A stretch of DNA of 64,000 nucleotides from Candidatus Binatia bacterium (lineage in GTDB: Bacteria; Desulfobacterota; Binatia; Bin18): assembly GCA_963666315.2 (NCBI GenBank), contig CAXXHG010000046.1, positions 107,803 through 171,802 of the forward strand, written 5' to 3'. Position numbers and translations under genes: made by a program. The first letter of the stretch is position 1. Each line of letters starts with the position of its first letter. Below the pieces are notes generated by a model. That model was not told the origin of the DNA and ran no database searches. It was given only the letters and a program-made list of their open reading frames with translations. Positions 49,992-58,445 of this stretch are shown here, in pieces.

Positions 49992-51560
49992 TTAGGAGTC
50001 CGCTTCTCTCTCAGAGATATGGAAGAAAACGAGTAGCGCAGCACTCAGCCCGTACATCAGCGCAAAGTCTGGAGCAGCAGCAAAACCAAAGGAATTTTGC
50101 ACTCCTGCTGGTGTCAGTTCATACGCGTGAATGACACCGAAAAACGAGAGGACCGCCGCCACCATAGTCCACGTAGCGGCTCTGAGGAATTGGCGCTCAA
50201 TTATAAAAACGACCATTGCGGCCAAGACCATAGCGCTCAGAAGAAAGCCCTGACTCAGCGCAATCACCCCGTGAATATACAGATCAGTGCCGAACTTGGG
50301 AGCTATTTCAAATAAGGAAGTCCCGGCTTTGCGCAGACTGGTGTCAATCAACTGCAGAGCCCAGGCCGCGAGTGCGGGAATGAGTCCAAAGGCAACCGCC
50401 AGCGCATGTGGCTTGGGCACCTCTTGAAACGCCTGAGCGGTCATGATGATGCCGATCCACAGCAGTATGCCCAGCGTGGCCTCCAATGGGAGCACCTGGA
50501 GTATCAGCGTCATGCCACCCACAAGACACAACAAAGCAACGACCAGCCCGTTCACGACCGAATAGCCCACGCGCGCACCCATGGCCTTCCAGGCCGGGTG
50601 GCCAATATAGATGGTGGTGGGAAATACACTCCCAAAAAGGGCCGCCACCAGCGTGCCGACGCCGTTTGCCAACAACGAGGGCTTGGTTTCGTACCGATCC
50701 CCCGCCGCTTCGGCGCTCTCTAAATTTTGCAGCGAGCCAATGATATTAAACAGGCCCATAGGAAAAATGACGGCCAGATACTGCCAGCCACGTCCGCTGG
50801 TCAGCAAGGCAAAGAGGTCCTGGGGGACCGGCACGGGCAGATGCAATCCCCATCGGTACTGCTCCGCCACCGGCTCAAACACCGGCATGCCTAAAGCACG
50901 CAGGCCCCAGGCCAGAGCGACACCAGTCAGGACTGCGACTAATCCACCCGGCAGACCGCCCGGAAAAGTCTGCCGGGACGCATAGGTTATAAGGATCATC
51001 ATCATCGGCAAGAGAGCAATCATCGGACTGGCGAAAATCTGAAAGATAAATCCCATGGCAATAAATGTAATCGCCACGCCCGCCAGAGCAGTCAGCAGAG
51101 CCGCCCGCGGGGTATGCCGACGCAGCCAGTCGCCCACAAACGCCCCGCCCGTTTCCATGATCCCACTCAGCAAACAGGCAAACAGTCCAACTTGCCAGGC
51201 TAAGGTTGGATCGTGTGTCTCCCGATAAATGGGCCCCATAATGAGAAAAATATAGGCAAACAGGCTGGGCGTATTGATGCCGTACGGCAGCGCGGTGATG
51301 TCGCTGCGTCCCGTCTGTTGCATCAAACGCCACGCCTGCCAAGCGTAAAAGGCATTGCCGAGCAGTATGGAAATCGCAGCACCCGGCAGGATACGACCGA
51401 TCACCAACTCTTGCGGAAACCCACACACCAACGGACACAGGACGGCGATCAGCATGAGTTGCAGCAAATTATCGATAAACAGGCCGAAAAACCCATCAAC
51501 ATCTCCCCTCACAAACCAGCCAAACCAGGGACGAGGATCGTTCGCTCCGTCTGATTGCAT
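49992..51560 (-). CDS. NCS2/AzgA-like (xanthine/uracil/vitamin C permease superfamily) transporter
   Basis: Polytopic membrane protein; FVRGDVDGFFGLFIDNLLQL.. N-terminus as in this permease group; substrate unknown. Confidence 0.55.
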   Translation of the reverse strand: MQSDGANDPRPWFGWFVRGDVDGFFGLFIDNLLQLMLIAVLCPLVCGFPQELVIGRILPGAAISILLGNAFYAWQAWRLMQQTGRSDITALPYGINTPSLFAYIFLIMGPIYRETHDPTLAWQVGLFACLLSGIMETGGAFVGDWLRRHTPRAALLTALAGVAITFIAMGFIFQIFASPMIALLPMMMILITYASRQTFPGGLPGGLVAVLTGVALAWGLRALGMPVFEPVAEQYRWGLHLPVPVPQDLFALLTSGRGWQYLAVIFPMGLFNIIGSLQNLESAEAAGDRYETKPSLLANGVGTLVAALFGSVFPTTIYIGHPAWKAMGARVGYSVVNGLVVALLCLVGGMTLILQVLPLEATLGILLWIGIIMTAQAFQEVPKPHALAVAFGLIPALAAWALQLIDTSLRKAGTSLFEIAPKFGTDLYIHGVIALSQGFLLSAMVLAAMVVFIIERQFLRAATWTMVAAVLSFFGVIHAYELTPAGVQNSFGFAAAPDFALMYGLSAALLVFFHISEREADS

Positions 51561-51690
51561 AGGGCGGCATCCTAACGTTCGCACCGACAGACGTCGAGCA
51601 GAGTCGGTATGGAGTTGAGTCGCCCTTCAATTTTGATTATCTCTAGTCTTGCGCAGATATTAAGCAGACGGGGCCACACAAGGAGACGGT

Positions 51691-52509
51691 ATGAAAACAA
51701 TACTACGGTGCACGGGACTGACCGTGCTGATCGGCAGCCTCATTTTCTTCTTCCAGCCGTTGGTGCAGGCACAAGAAGAGGCCGATACCATTCAGGCAGA
51801 GGCTGAGAACGGCGATCCCAAGGCGCAGAACAATCTTGGCGTCCTATACGTCAAGGGCGAAGGCGTTAAACGCAGTGCCAAGAAGGCGGTCGGATGGTTC
51901 CGCAGAGCGGCCAAGCAAGGCCATATCGGAGCGCAATTCAACCTGGGCATGCTGTATTTCGCGGGTAAAAAAGACGACACCGGGAGGAAAGAAGCCGCCA
52001 AGTGGTTTCAGAAAGCTGCAGAGAGCGGCCACACCAAAGCCCAGTACCGTTTGGGCATGATGTACGTCAAAGGCCAAGGCGTGGAGAAGGATTACGCCAT
52101 GGCGGCCATTTGGTTTCGGAACGCAGCCGATCAAGCCTCCGCTAATGCGCAATACAATCTCGGCGTGCTGTACGATAACGGCTATGGCATTGAGCAGGAT
52201 TTCTCGAAAGCGCGCGGCTGGTATCTCCAGGCGGCCGATCAGTCCCACTCCGGAGCTCAGTTCAACCTCGGGACCATGTACTTCATGGGCCGAGGCACGG
52301 ATCAGGATGATGCCGAGGCGGCGGTATGGTTTCGGGAAGCAGCCAAGCGTGGACATTCGGGCGCGCAATTCAATCTCGGGGCCATGTATTTGGAAGGGCG
52401 CGGGGTTGCAAAAGATATGGATGCAGGTCTCGAGTTGATGCACAAGGCGGCGGATCAGGGCCATGCCAACGCCCAGAAAATGATTGATCAGATTAGTGCG
52501 GGGAGCTAA
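51691..52509 (+). CDS. Sel1-repeat protein, secreted
   Basis: Signal peptide followed by six to seven AQ.NLG.MY..G.GV..D...A..W...AA..G Sel1 units. Confidence 0.85.
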   Translation: MKTILRCTGLTVLIGSLIFFFQPLVQAQEEADTIQAEAENGDPKAQNNLGVLYVKGEGVKRSAKKAVGWFRRAAKQGHIGAQFNLGMLYFAGKKDDTGRKEAAKWFQKAAESGHTKAQYRLGMMYVKGQGVEKDYAMAAIWFRNAADQASANAQYNLGVLYDNGYGIEQDFSKARGWYLQAADQSHSGAQFNLGTMYFMGRGTDQDDAEAAVWFREAAKRGHSGAQFNLGAMYLEGRGVAKDMDAGLELMHKAADQGHANAQKMIDQISAGS

Positions 52510-52526
52510 CCGAATAGGGAGAAGAG

Positions 52527-53465
52527 ATGGCTGTGACCAAAAAAAACCTGCTGCTCGCAACCTTTTCCGTCCTGCTAGTCGGACTGGCCGTCGTATATTT
52601 CCTCTTCCCTGGTGTTCTCCTTACACTCGCAACCCAGGCAGAGCGCCGGGCCGCCGATTTTGAGCAGCGAGAGGTCGATATTGTGGGCCATCGTATCGCC
52701 TACCTGATTGGTGGGGAAGGCGATGTCCTGGTGTTGCTGCACGGCTTTGGAGCGGACAAAGACAATTGGACCCGCGTAGCGAAATATCTGACGCCCCATT
52801 TCCATGTGATCGCACCCGACCTGCCGGGCTTTGGTGACAGCAGCCGTGAGCCCAAGGCGCGCTATGCCCTGGACGATCAGGTCGACAATGTCGACGCGTT
52901 CGTCCAGGCATTGGATCTGAGCGCTTTTCATATTGGCGGGAATTCTATGGGTGGGGCCATCGCCGGGCTGTATGCCGCCCGCCACCCTGACATGGTCAAA
53001 AGCGTTTGGCTGCTAGCTCCCGGAGGCGTGGATACAGCCGAACCGAGCGAGCTTGACGGCCTGCTCGGACAAGGAGACAACCCCCTCCTTATCCATACTG
53101 CCGCAGATTTTGAACGCTTGCTCGACTTCGTGTTTGTCGAAATCCCAGCTATTCCAGATCCCATTGTGGGGTATTTGACCGAGCAAGCCATAGCCCAGCG
53201 TCGGTTCAACGAGAAAATCATCCAGGACTTTATCGCCAATCCGGCGTCTCTGGAATCCGAAGCACAGAAAATTCAGGCGCCGACCCTGATTACGTGGGGA
53301 GATCAGGATCGCCTGCTGCATGTGTCCGGTGCCGCCATACTCGATGCGCTCATTCCCGATAGCCACGTGGTCATTATGAAAAATATCGGCCATATTCCGA
53401 TGATCGAACGGCCATACGAATCGGCCCAACAGTTCCTGCGCTTGCACGGCCTGGTGTCCGAATAA
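52527..53465 (+). CDS. alpha/beta hydrolase
   Basis: HGFGADKDNW, nucleophile elbow GGNSMGG, C-terminal GHIPMIE. Confidence 0.8.
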   Translation: MAVTKKNLLLATFSVLLVGLAVVYFLFPGVLLTLATQAERRAADFEQREVDIVGHRIAYLIGGEGDVLVLLHGFGADKDNWTRVAKYLTPHFHVIAPDLPGFGDSSREPKARYALDDQVDNVDAFVQALDLSAFHIGGNSMGGAIAGLYAARHPDMVKSVWLLAPGGVDTAEPSELDGLLGQGDNPLLIHTAADFERLLDFVFVEIPAIPDPIVGYLTEQAIAQRRFNEKIIQDFIANPASLESEAQKIQAPTLITWGDQDRLLHVSGAAILDALIPDSHVVIMKNIGHIPMIERPYESAQQFLRLHGLVSE

Positions 53466-53485
53466 AACAGTTCACCGGATCCCGG

Positions 53486-54004
53486 ATGACCACAGTCACC
53501 AAACGCGCGCGGCTCCTGCTTGCCCTCTGCATCCTGATATCAGGCGTCGGCTGCGATCAGGTCACGAAGCAGATCGCGACTCAGCAGTTACGTGGCTCGC
53601 CGCCGCTGTCCTTCTTGGGCGATACCGTACGCTTACACTACACAGAGAATCGCGGCGCTTTTCTGGGGCTGGGCAATACGCTGACTCCTCAGCTGCGGTT
53701 TTGGATACTCACCGTTGCAACCGCGGTCCTGCTGGTCGGGTTATCTGTATTCCTCATGCTGCAATGGAATATCGCCTCGGCATCCTTTATTGCGCTCTCC
53801 TTCGTCTTAGCCGGAGGAATCGGGAATATGCTGGACCGGGTCTTTCACGATGGCAGAGTGATTGATTTTTTGAACCTGGGTCTTGGGCCGCTGCGGACCG
53901 GCGTTTTTAACGTTGCAGATGTGGCGATTACGGGCGGCATAGTCGTGCTCTGGGTCGCGAGTTTTCGGACGCGGGCCGAATCAAAAGAACAGGCTTCTTC
54001 ATAG
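53486..54004 (+). CDS. lspA: lipoprotein signal peptidase (signal peptidase II)
   Basis: DQVTKQ.., GGIGNMLDR, FNVADVAITGG motifs; four TM segments. Confidence 0.85.
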   Translation: MTTVTKRARLLLALCILISGVGCDQVTKQIATQQLRGSPPLSFLGDTVRLHYTENRGAFLGLGNTLTPQLRFWILTVATAVLLVGLSVFLMLQWNIASASFIALSFVLAGGIGNMLDRVFHDGRVIDFLNLGLGPLRTGVFNVADVAITGGIVVLWVASFRTRAESKEQASS

Positions 54005-54007
54005 AAT

Positions 54008-54800
54008 TTACCTACAGCCCGGCTTCTTGCCTGCGAGACACGCCTTCTCATACAGCGGGAGAGCCGTAGACATGCGTTTACGCAGGTCCTCAATACGCGT
54101 CTGGGGCGAAGGATGAGTAGAGAGAAACTCCGGCGGTCGAGGGCCGCCGGCTTCATCCATGCGCTTCCATAATTGAATACTCTGACGCGGATTAAAGCCT
54201 GCGCGCGCCATGAGATCGATCCAGATAATGTCGGCTTCACTTTCCTGGGTCCGACCAAAAGGTAAAGCCACGCCGAACTGGGCGGCAACCCAAGCACGGC
54301 CAAGGCGCGCTCTTGGGTTGCCGCTGACGCACCACTAAAGATCTTGGCCATCTGCTGCACTCCCGCCCGGGTGGCATACGCGGTCGAGACACGCTCATTA
54401 GAATGGTTGACAAGCACATGCCCCAGTACGGTTGCCAGCTGATGCTGATTCTGGGCGACCTTGAGTAAGCCGGTATGCACGCCGATTTTTCCTCCTGGCA
54501 GGGCAAACGCATTCACCGCGTCATCTTGAAAGACGACGACCTCCCACGAACCTGGTCCACCTTTGCCCGGCAGTGCCGCCGTAATCCCATGGGCGACACG
54601 GCGCACATAGCGGTTTACTTTCCCGCTTTTCGCTGCAGGAGTTTATTTTTTGAGTTTTGCAAACGCGGCCACGCCCATGGCGTTCACTTCCGACGCCGGG
54701 GAGAGGCGCAACTGACTTCGGCCCAAAGGCGACGTAGCACAGGCAGACGAAAAAGCCAGTACGATCAGAGTGACACTTACATACTTACATATTTCAGCAT
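54008..54800 (-). pseudogene. M48-family metallopeptidase lipoprotein, heavily decayed
   Basis: 8-bp tandem duplication (ACTTACAT x2, 54775-54790) breaks the signal peptide MLKYVSVTLIVLAFSSAC; in-frame TAA 54643-54645; LGHVLVNH where the family has GHExGHV (HExxH missing, ~54415-54423); frameshift ~54285-54295 before ..LPFGRTQESEADIIWIDLMARAGFNP..FLSTHPS. Confidence 0.7.
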
Positions 54801-54910
54801 TGTTTTCCTTCTCCACTCAAATGGTGTCCTGTAGATATAGCGGAAAAGAACACGCGTGAGGAATTCCCCCCTACACACTGAACAACATGTCAGCCAGTCA
54901 GCCATGTGGT

Positions 54911-54940
54911 GTCGGGTTACGCTCCGCTAACCCGACCTAC
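54911..54940 (-). repeat. GTAG REP hairpin (GTAGGTCGGGTTAGCGGAGCGTAACCCGAC)
   Basis: Same family as 17077-17106 and 22952-22981. Confidence 0.85.
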
Positions 54941-55028
54941 GGGATTGGCTTGCGAGCGGCTTTGCCAAAGTGTTACAGTTCAGCCTGGTTCTCAACCCTA
55001 CGAGTCAAACACAAGCAAAGGAGACACT

Positions 55029-55418
55029 ATGGCCAAAGACGTTGTTATCCCAAAGGGCATGGAAGCGTATTATAATGACTACCACTTTGCCCCGGCAGTC
55101 AAAGACGGAGATCGTCTGTTCTGTTCCGGACAACTTGGAAGTGGCGCAGAGAATAAGATCTCAGACGATGCAGAAACACAGTTCACCCAAGCGTTTGAGA
55201 ATGTAATGACCACGCTGGAAGCAGCCGGGTCGTCCTTCGATGATGTCGTCGAGATGACGACCTTCCACGTTGACCTGCAAAAAAATCTCGCTGCTTTTAT
55301 GAAGGTCAAAGACCGGTACATGAAAGACCCCTTCCCGGCGTGGACGGCGATTGGGATAACAGAACTGGCTTTTCCCGGCGCCTGGGTCGAAATTAAAGTC
55401 ATAGCCCGGTTGAAATAG
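55029..55418 (+). CDS. RidA/YjgF family protein
   Basis: 129 aa from MAKDVV; ..LFCSGQLG.., DVVEMTTFHVD.., P..TAIG...L..PGAWVEIKV. Confidence 0.75.
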   Translation: MAKDVVIPKGMEAYYNDYHFAPAVKDGDRLFCSGQLGSGAENKISDDAETQFTQAFENVMTTLEAAGSSFDDVVEMTTFHVDLQKNLAAFMKVKDRYMKDPFPAWTAIGITELAFPGAWVEIKVIARLK

Positions 55419-55463
55419 TTGAAATAATCGTTTCTTCAACACGTACAGATCGAGTGAGGAAGC

Positions 55464-55919
55464 ATGGCAACCGAGTCGCAGCCTTTTTGGAAAACAAAAT
55501 CGTTGTCCGAAATGAGCACAGAAGAATGGGAGTCGTTGTGTGACGGCTGTGGACGCTGCTGCCTGAATAAGCTGGAAGATATAGATACCGGCAGGATCCA
55601 TTACACCAACGTGGCCTGCCACCTGCTGGATCTGCAGCGCTGTCGTTGCAGCCGGTATACACAGCGCACAGAACTTGTCCCCGACTGTGTCAGCCTGTCA
55701 CCCAAAAACATTCATACCAACCCCTGGCTTCCGCATACATGCGCGTATCGCCGCCTGGCTGAAGGGAAAGACCTGGCCTGGTGGCATCCCTTGGTCTCAC
55801 ATAGTCACAAGACCGTCCATCAGGCCGGTATTTCGGTGCGCGGCAAAGTCATTTCTGAAGGCACGATTCCGCCACAAGAATTTGAAGAACGGGTTATTGA
55901 TTGGATTAAGCACGACTGA
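55464..55919 (+). CDS. ycgN: YcgN (UPF0260) cysteine-cluster protein
   Basis: [42 protein letters not shown]...VPDC..L.. tracks E. coli YcgN as recalled. Confidence 0.8.
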   Translation: MATESQPFWKTKSLSEMSTEEWESLCDGCGRCCLNKLEDIDTGRIHYTNVACHLLDLQRCRCSRYTQRTELVPDCVSLSPKNIHTNPWLPHTCAYRRLAEGKDLAWWHPLVSHSHKTVHQAGISVRGKVISEGTIPPQEFEERVIDWIKHD

Positions 55920-55986
55920 CACTATTTTGTACTATCCTGCATTATCCTGCACTATCTTGAAGAAAGAGAAAAAAGACAGCCTGAAA

Positions 55987-56997
55987 ATGCTGCAGCACCA
56001 ATCCATCACACCCTGCAAATCCATCGCGTTTATGGGCATACTGCTGCTCGGACTGAGCGGCTTTTCCCCAGGCCCGGCAGCCAGCGCTGACCTCACCCTG
56101 GTGATGAAGACGATGGACGTGGCTCCAGAGGCCTATCCCGATCGAAAACAGCTCATGGCCGACCTGCTAGCAGGCTGGAAAAACGTCAGAGGGGTGCAAG
56201 AAAAACAGGAAATTCTCTTTCAAGCCAAGGGTGACAATATCAAGATCAGTGGGTTTGAGCAGGGAGATGGTCGCGGCGGCTATATGCTCATCGAAGGCGA
56301 CACGTATCACTTTGTCCAGCCCGCAAAGAAAGAAGTGATTACCTTCAGTCGGCAAGGCGTAGCCAAAACAGCCACAGCCGCACAATCCGCCCAGTTCGAC
56401 ATGCAGGCTCTCATCCAAAAACAGATGCAACAGCGACTTGCCAACGCCGAGAACCCCGCAGAACGACAACGTATGCTACAAAGCATGCAAGCGCTCAAGC
56501 AATTCAACCCCGGCCTGGCCAACATGCTGGGCATGGGAGCCGCAGGGCCATCCGCACCACCTACGGTCAAAAAGCTGGCAACAGAATCGATCGGAATCAA
56601 AGGGCAAGGCACCATCCGGTGCGACGTGTACCGCGCCGTTCAAGCACAGAAGAAAGCGCTAGGCTGTGTCACCCGGAAATTTTCGAAGATAAAGGCCATG
56701 ATGGAAAAATTTAATGACAGACGAAAAGGTGCCCTGGGCGGGCTGGGCCAGAAAAAACAAAAAGGTCCAAGAGACGCCATCCAGGAGCAGGGGTTTCCGC
56801 TGGCCGGATATCGGATCAAAACGAAGAATTCCCAGACTTCCGACGAGGCGAACATCGACGCGTTCCGGGTTCTTCGTATCACTGAGGCGTCCATTCCGAA
56901 CCGTGTCTTCACCTTTGATCCAACCGATACGGAAACGAGAATGGATCAGAAGCTCCAAGAGCAGCGCCAAAAAATGCAGCAGTATATGAACCGCTAA
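55987..56997 (+). CDS. secreted hypothetical protein (Gln/Met/Lys-rich)
   Basis: Signal peptide MLQHQSITPCKSIAFMGILLLGLSGFSPGPAASA; the ORF upstream of this ATG overlaps ycgN. Confidence 0.5.
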   Translation: MLQHQSITPCKSIAFMGILLLGLSGFSPGPAASADLTLVMKTMDVAPEAYPDRKQLMADLLAGWKNVRGVQEKQEILFQAKGDNIKISGFEQGDGRGGYMLIEGDTYHFVQPAKKEVITFSRQGVAKTATAAQSAQFDMQALIQKQMQQRLANAENPAERQRMLQSMQALKQFNPGLANMLGMGAAGPSAPPTVKKLATESIGIKGQGTIRCDVYRAVQAQKKALGCVTRKFSKIKAMMEKFNDRRKGALGGLGQKKQKGPRDAIQEQGFPLAGYRIKTKNSQTSDEANIDAFRVLRITEASIPNRVFTFDPTDTETRMDQKLQEQRQKMQQYMNR

Positions 56998-57045
56998 TTG
57001 GACAGCCGCTCACATTGGGTACTCTCTCACAAGGGACAGCAATTC

Positions 57046-57780
57046 ATGCGTGCGCTTGATATTGCGACTTCGGCCCTGTCTACTGTTGCCCGCTTGGGCT
57101 ATGCCGAGCGTATTGGGGCACTCGGGCCACGCCCCAAGCAAGCGCTTGAGCTGTACGACTTCGAAGGCTGACCGTTTTGTCGCAAGGTCCGTGAGGCCTG
57201 CACCGTTTTGGACTTAGACGTCAAGATCTATCCCTGCCCCAAGAGCGGCCCGCGCTATCGTGTAGCCATCAAGCAGCGCGGTGGGAAATACCAATTCCCA
57301 TATCTTATTGATCCCAATACCGGAGCCGAAATGTACGAATCCGACGCCATTAATGACTATCTGTTTGAGCACTATGGCAGCGGCACGGTTCCCGTCATGC
57401 TGTCCTCGGGTCTGCTGACCACGCTGGCCGTTTCTTTAGCTTCACTGGCCCGTCCCGGACGCGGGTCATTCTACCGCCGCGCTACACCGCCGCAAGAATG
57501 GCTTGAGCTGTACAGTTATGAAGGTTCACCGTTTTGTCGCCTGGTGCGTGAGACCTTGTCCGAGCTTGAAATTCCCTATTTGCTCCATAATGTTGCCCAG
57601 GGCAGTCCGCGCCGCGCAGCATTCGTCGCCCTCTCCGGCAAAATGCAGGTGCCGTATTTGATTGATCCGAATACACACACGGCCATGTTCGAGTCGGCCG
57701 ATATTGTGGCGTATCTGAAACGGACCTATGCACTAGGGCGAGCGGGCTCCTCTTTCCTCGCCCCTCAGGGGAGAGGATGA
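57046..57780 (+). CDS. two-domain glutaredoxin-like / GST-N-terminal-domain protein, candidate selenoprotein (UPFC; TGA 57169-57171 read as Sec)
   Basis: ATG 57046 is in frame with ORF 57208..57780; the junction reads LELYDFEG-TGA-PFCRKVREA..VKIYPCPK..FPYLIDPNTG..MYES. The family consensus as recalled is FE.CPFCR.VRE, and the second domain of the same protein has YEGSPFCRLVRE. Confidence 0.6.
57182..57201 (+). promoter_or_regulatory. candidate bacterial SECIS hairpin
   Basis: GCA-A-GGUC / CGUGA loop / GGCC-UGC: 7 pairs (one G-U) with a bulged A, starting 10 nt after the TGA; GU in the apical loop. Confidence 0.45.
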
Positions 57781-57794
57781 AGGTGAGGGGAATC
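57757..57794 (+). repeat. 38-bp dispersed repeat (second copy)
   Basis: Exact reverse complement of 48563-48600; supplies the last codons and the stop of the 57046..57780 gene. Confidence 0.9.
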
Positions 57795-57917
57795 AGCATT
57801 GTAGACAGTCACCTCTGACGATAATTTCACTTCTCCCCGCATTCCAACCATCCCTCATCCGGGCTACATTTTTCTTGGAGAGAAATCCCGGGGAAATCCG
57901 AAGGAGGAGCTTGAGAT

Positions 57918-57988
57918 GTCGGATTACGCTCCGCTCATCCGACCTATGGGATTGTCATACCTGCGAAGGCAGGTATCCAGGTCTACGG
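57918..57988. repeat. degenerate GTCGG.TTACGC REP followed by a CATACCTGCGAAGGCAGGTATCCAGGTCTACGG hairpin repeat
   Basis: The second element recurs at 61494-61528 (palindrome ACCTGC-N4-GCAGGT; the reverse strand starts CCGTAGACCTGG). Confidence 0.75.
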
Positions 57989-57998
57989 GAGATCTCTT

Positions 57999-58445
57999 AT
58001 GAAAGTCTTTGTCACAGGCAGTACAGGTTTAGTTGGCAACAATTTAGTCCGCGCACTCGAAGCCCAAGGTTTTGACGTGGTTGGCCTGGTGCGTTCGGAG
58101 GAAAAGGGCAAACGCCTACTGGGCGATACCAACGCGACGCTGGTCAAAGGCGATATGCTGGACGTGCCAGGCTGTGCCGACGCGCTGGACGGTTGCGAAG
58201 CCGTGTTTCACACTGCGGCCTATTTCCGCGAATACTTCCAGCTCGGCGATCATGCCCAGGCTTTGGAAGACGTCAACATCACAGGTAGCTAAACCTAATG
58301 ACCCAGGCTGACAAACGCGGCGTGCGCCGGTTTGTGCATGTCAGCTCGAGCGGTACGATCGGCATGAAACCCGACGGCTCGCCAGGCGATGAGGACACGC
58401 CGACGCAGGCCTCACAATTGGAGAATCTCTACTTCAAGAGCAAAG
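57999..58445 (+). pseudogene. NAD-dependent epimerase/dehydratase (dihydroflavonol-reductase-like SDR) fragment
   Basis: MKVFVTGSTGLVGNNLV..; frameshift near 58285-58295, then ..RRFVHVSSSGTIG..ENLYFKSK, after which homology ends. Confidence 0.65.

Noticed and set aside
51561-51690. Possible purine riboswitch upstream of the NCS2/AzgA-like permease
   Set aside because: The ~130-nt leader shows none of the conserved purine-riboswitch junction or loop sequences I can recall, and no obvious three-way junction.
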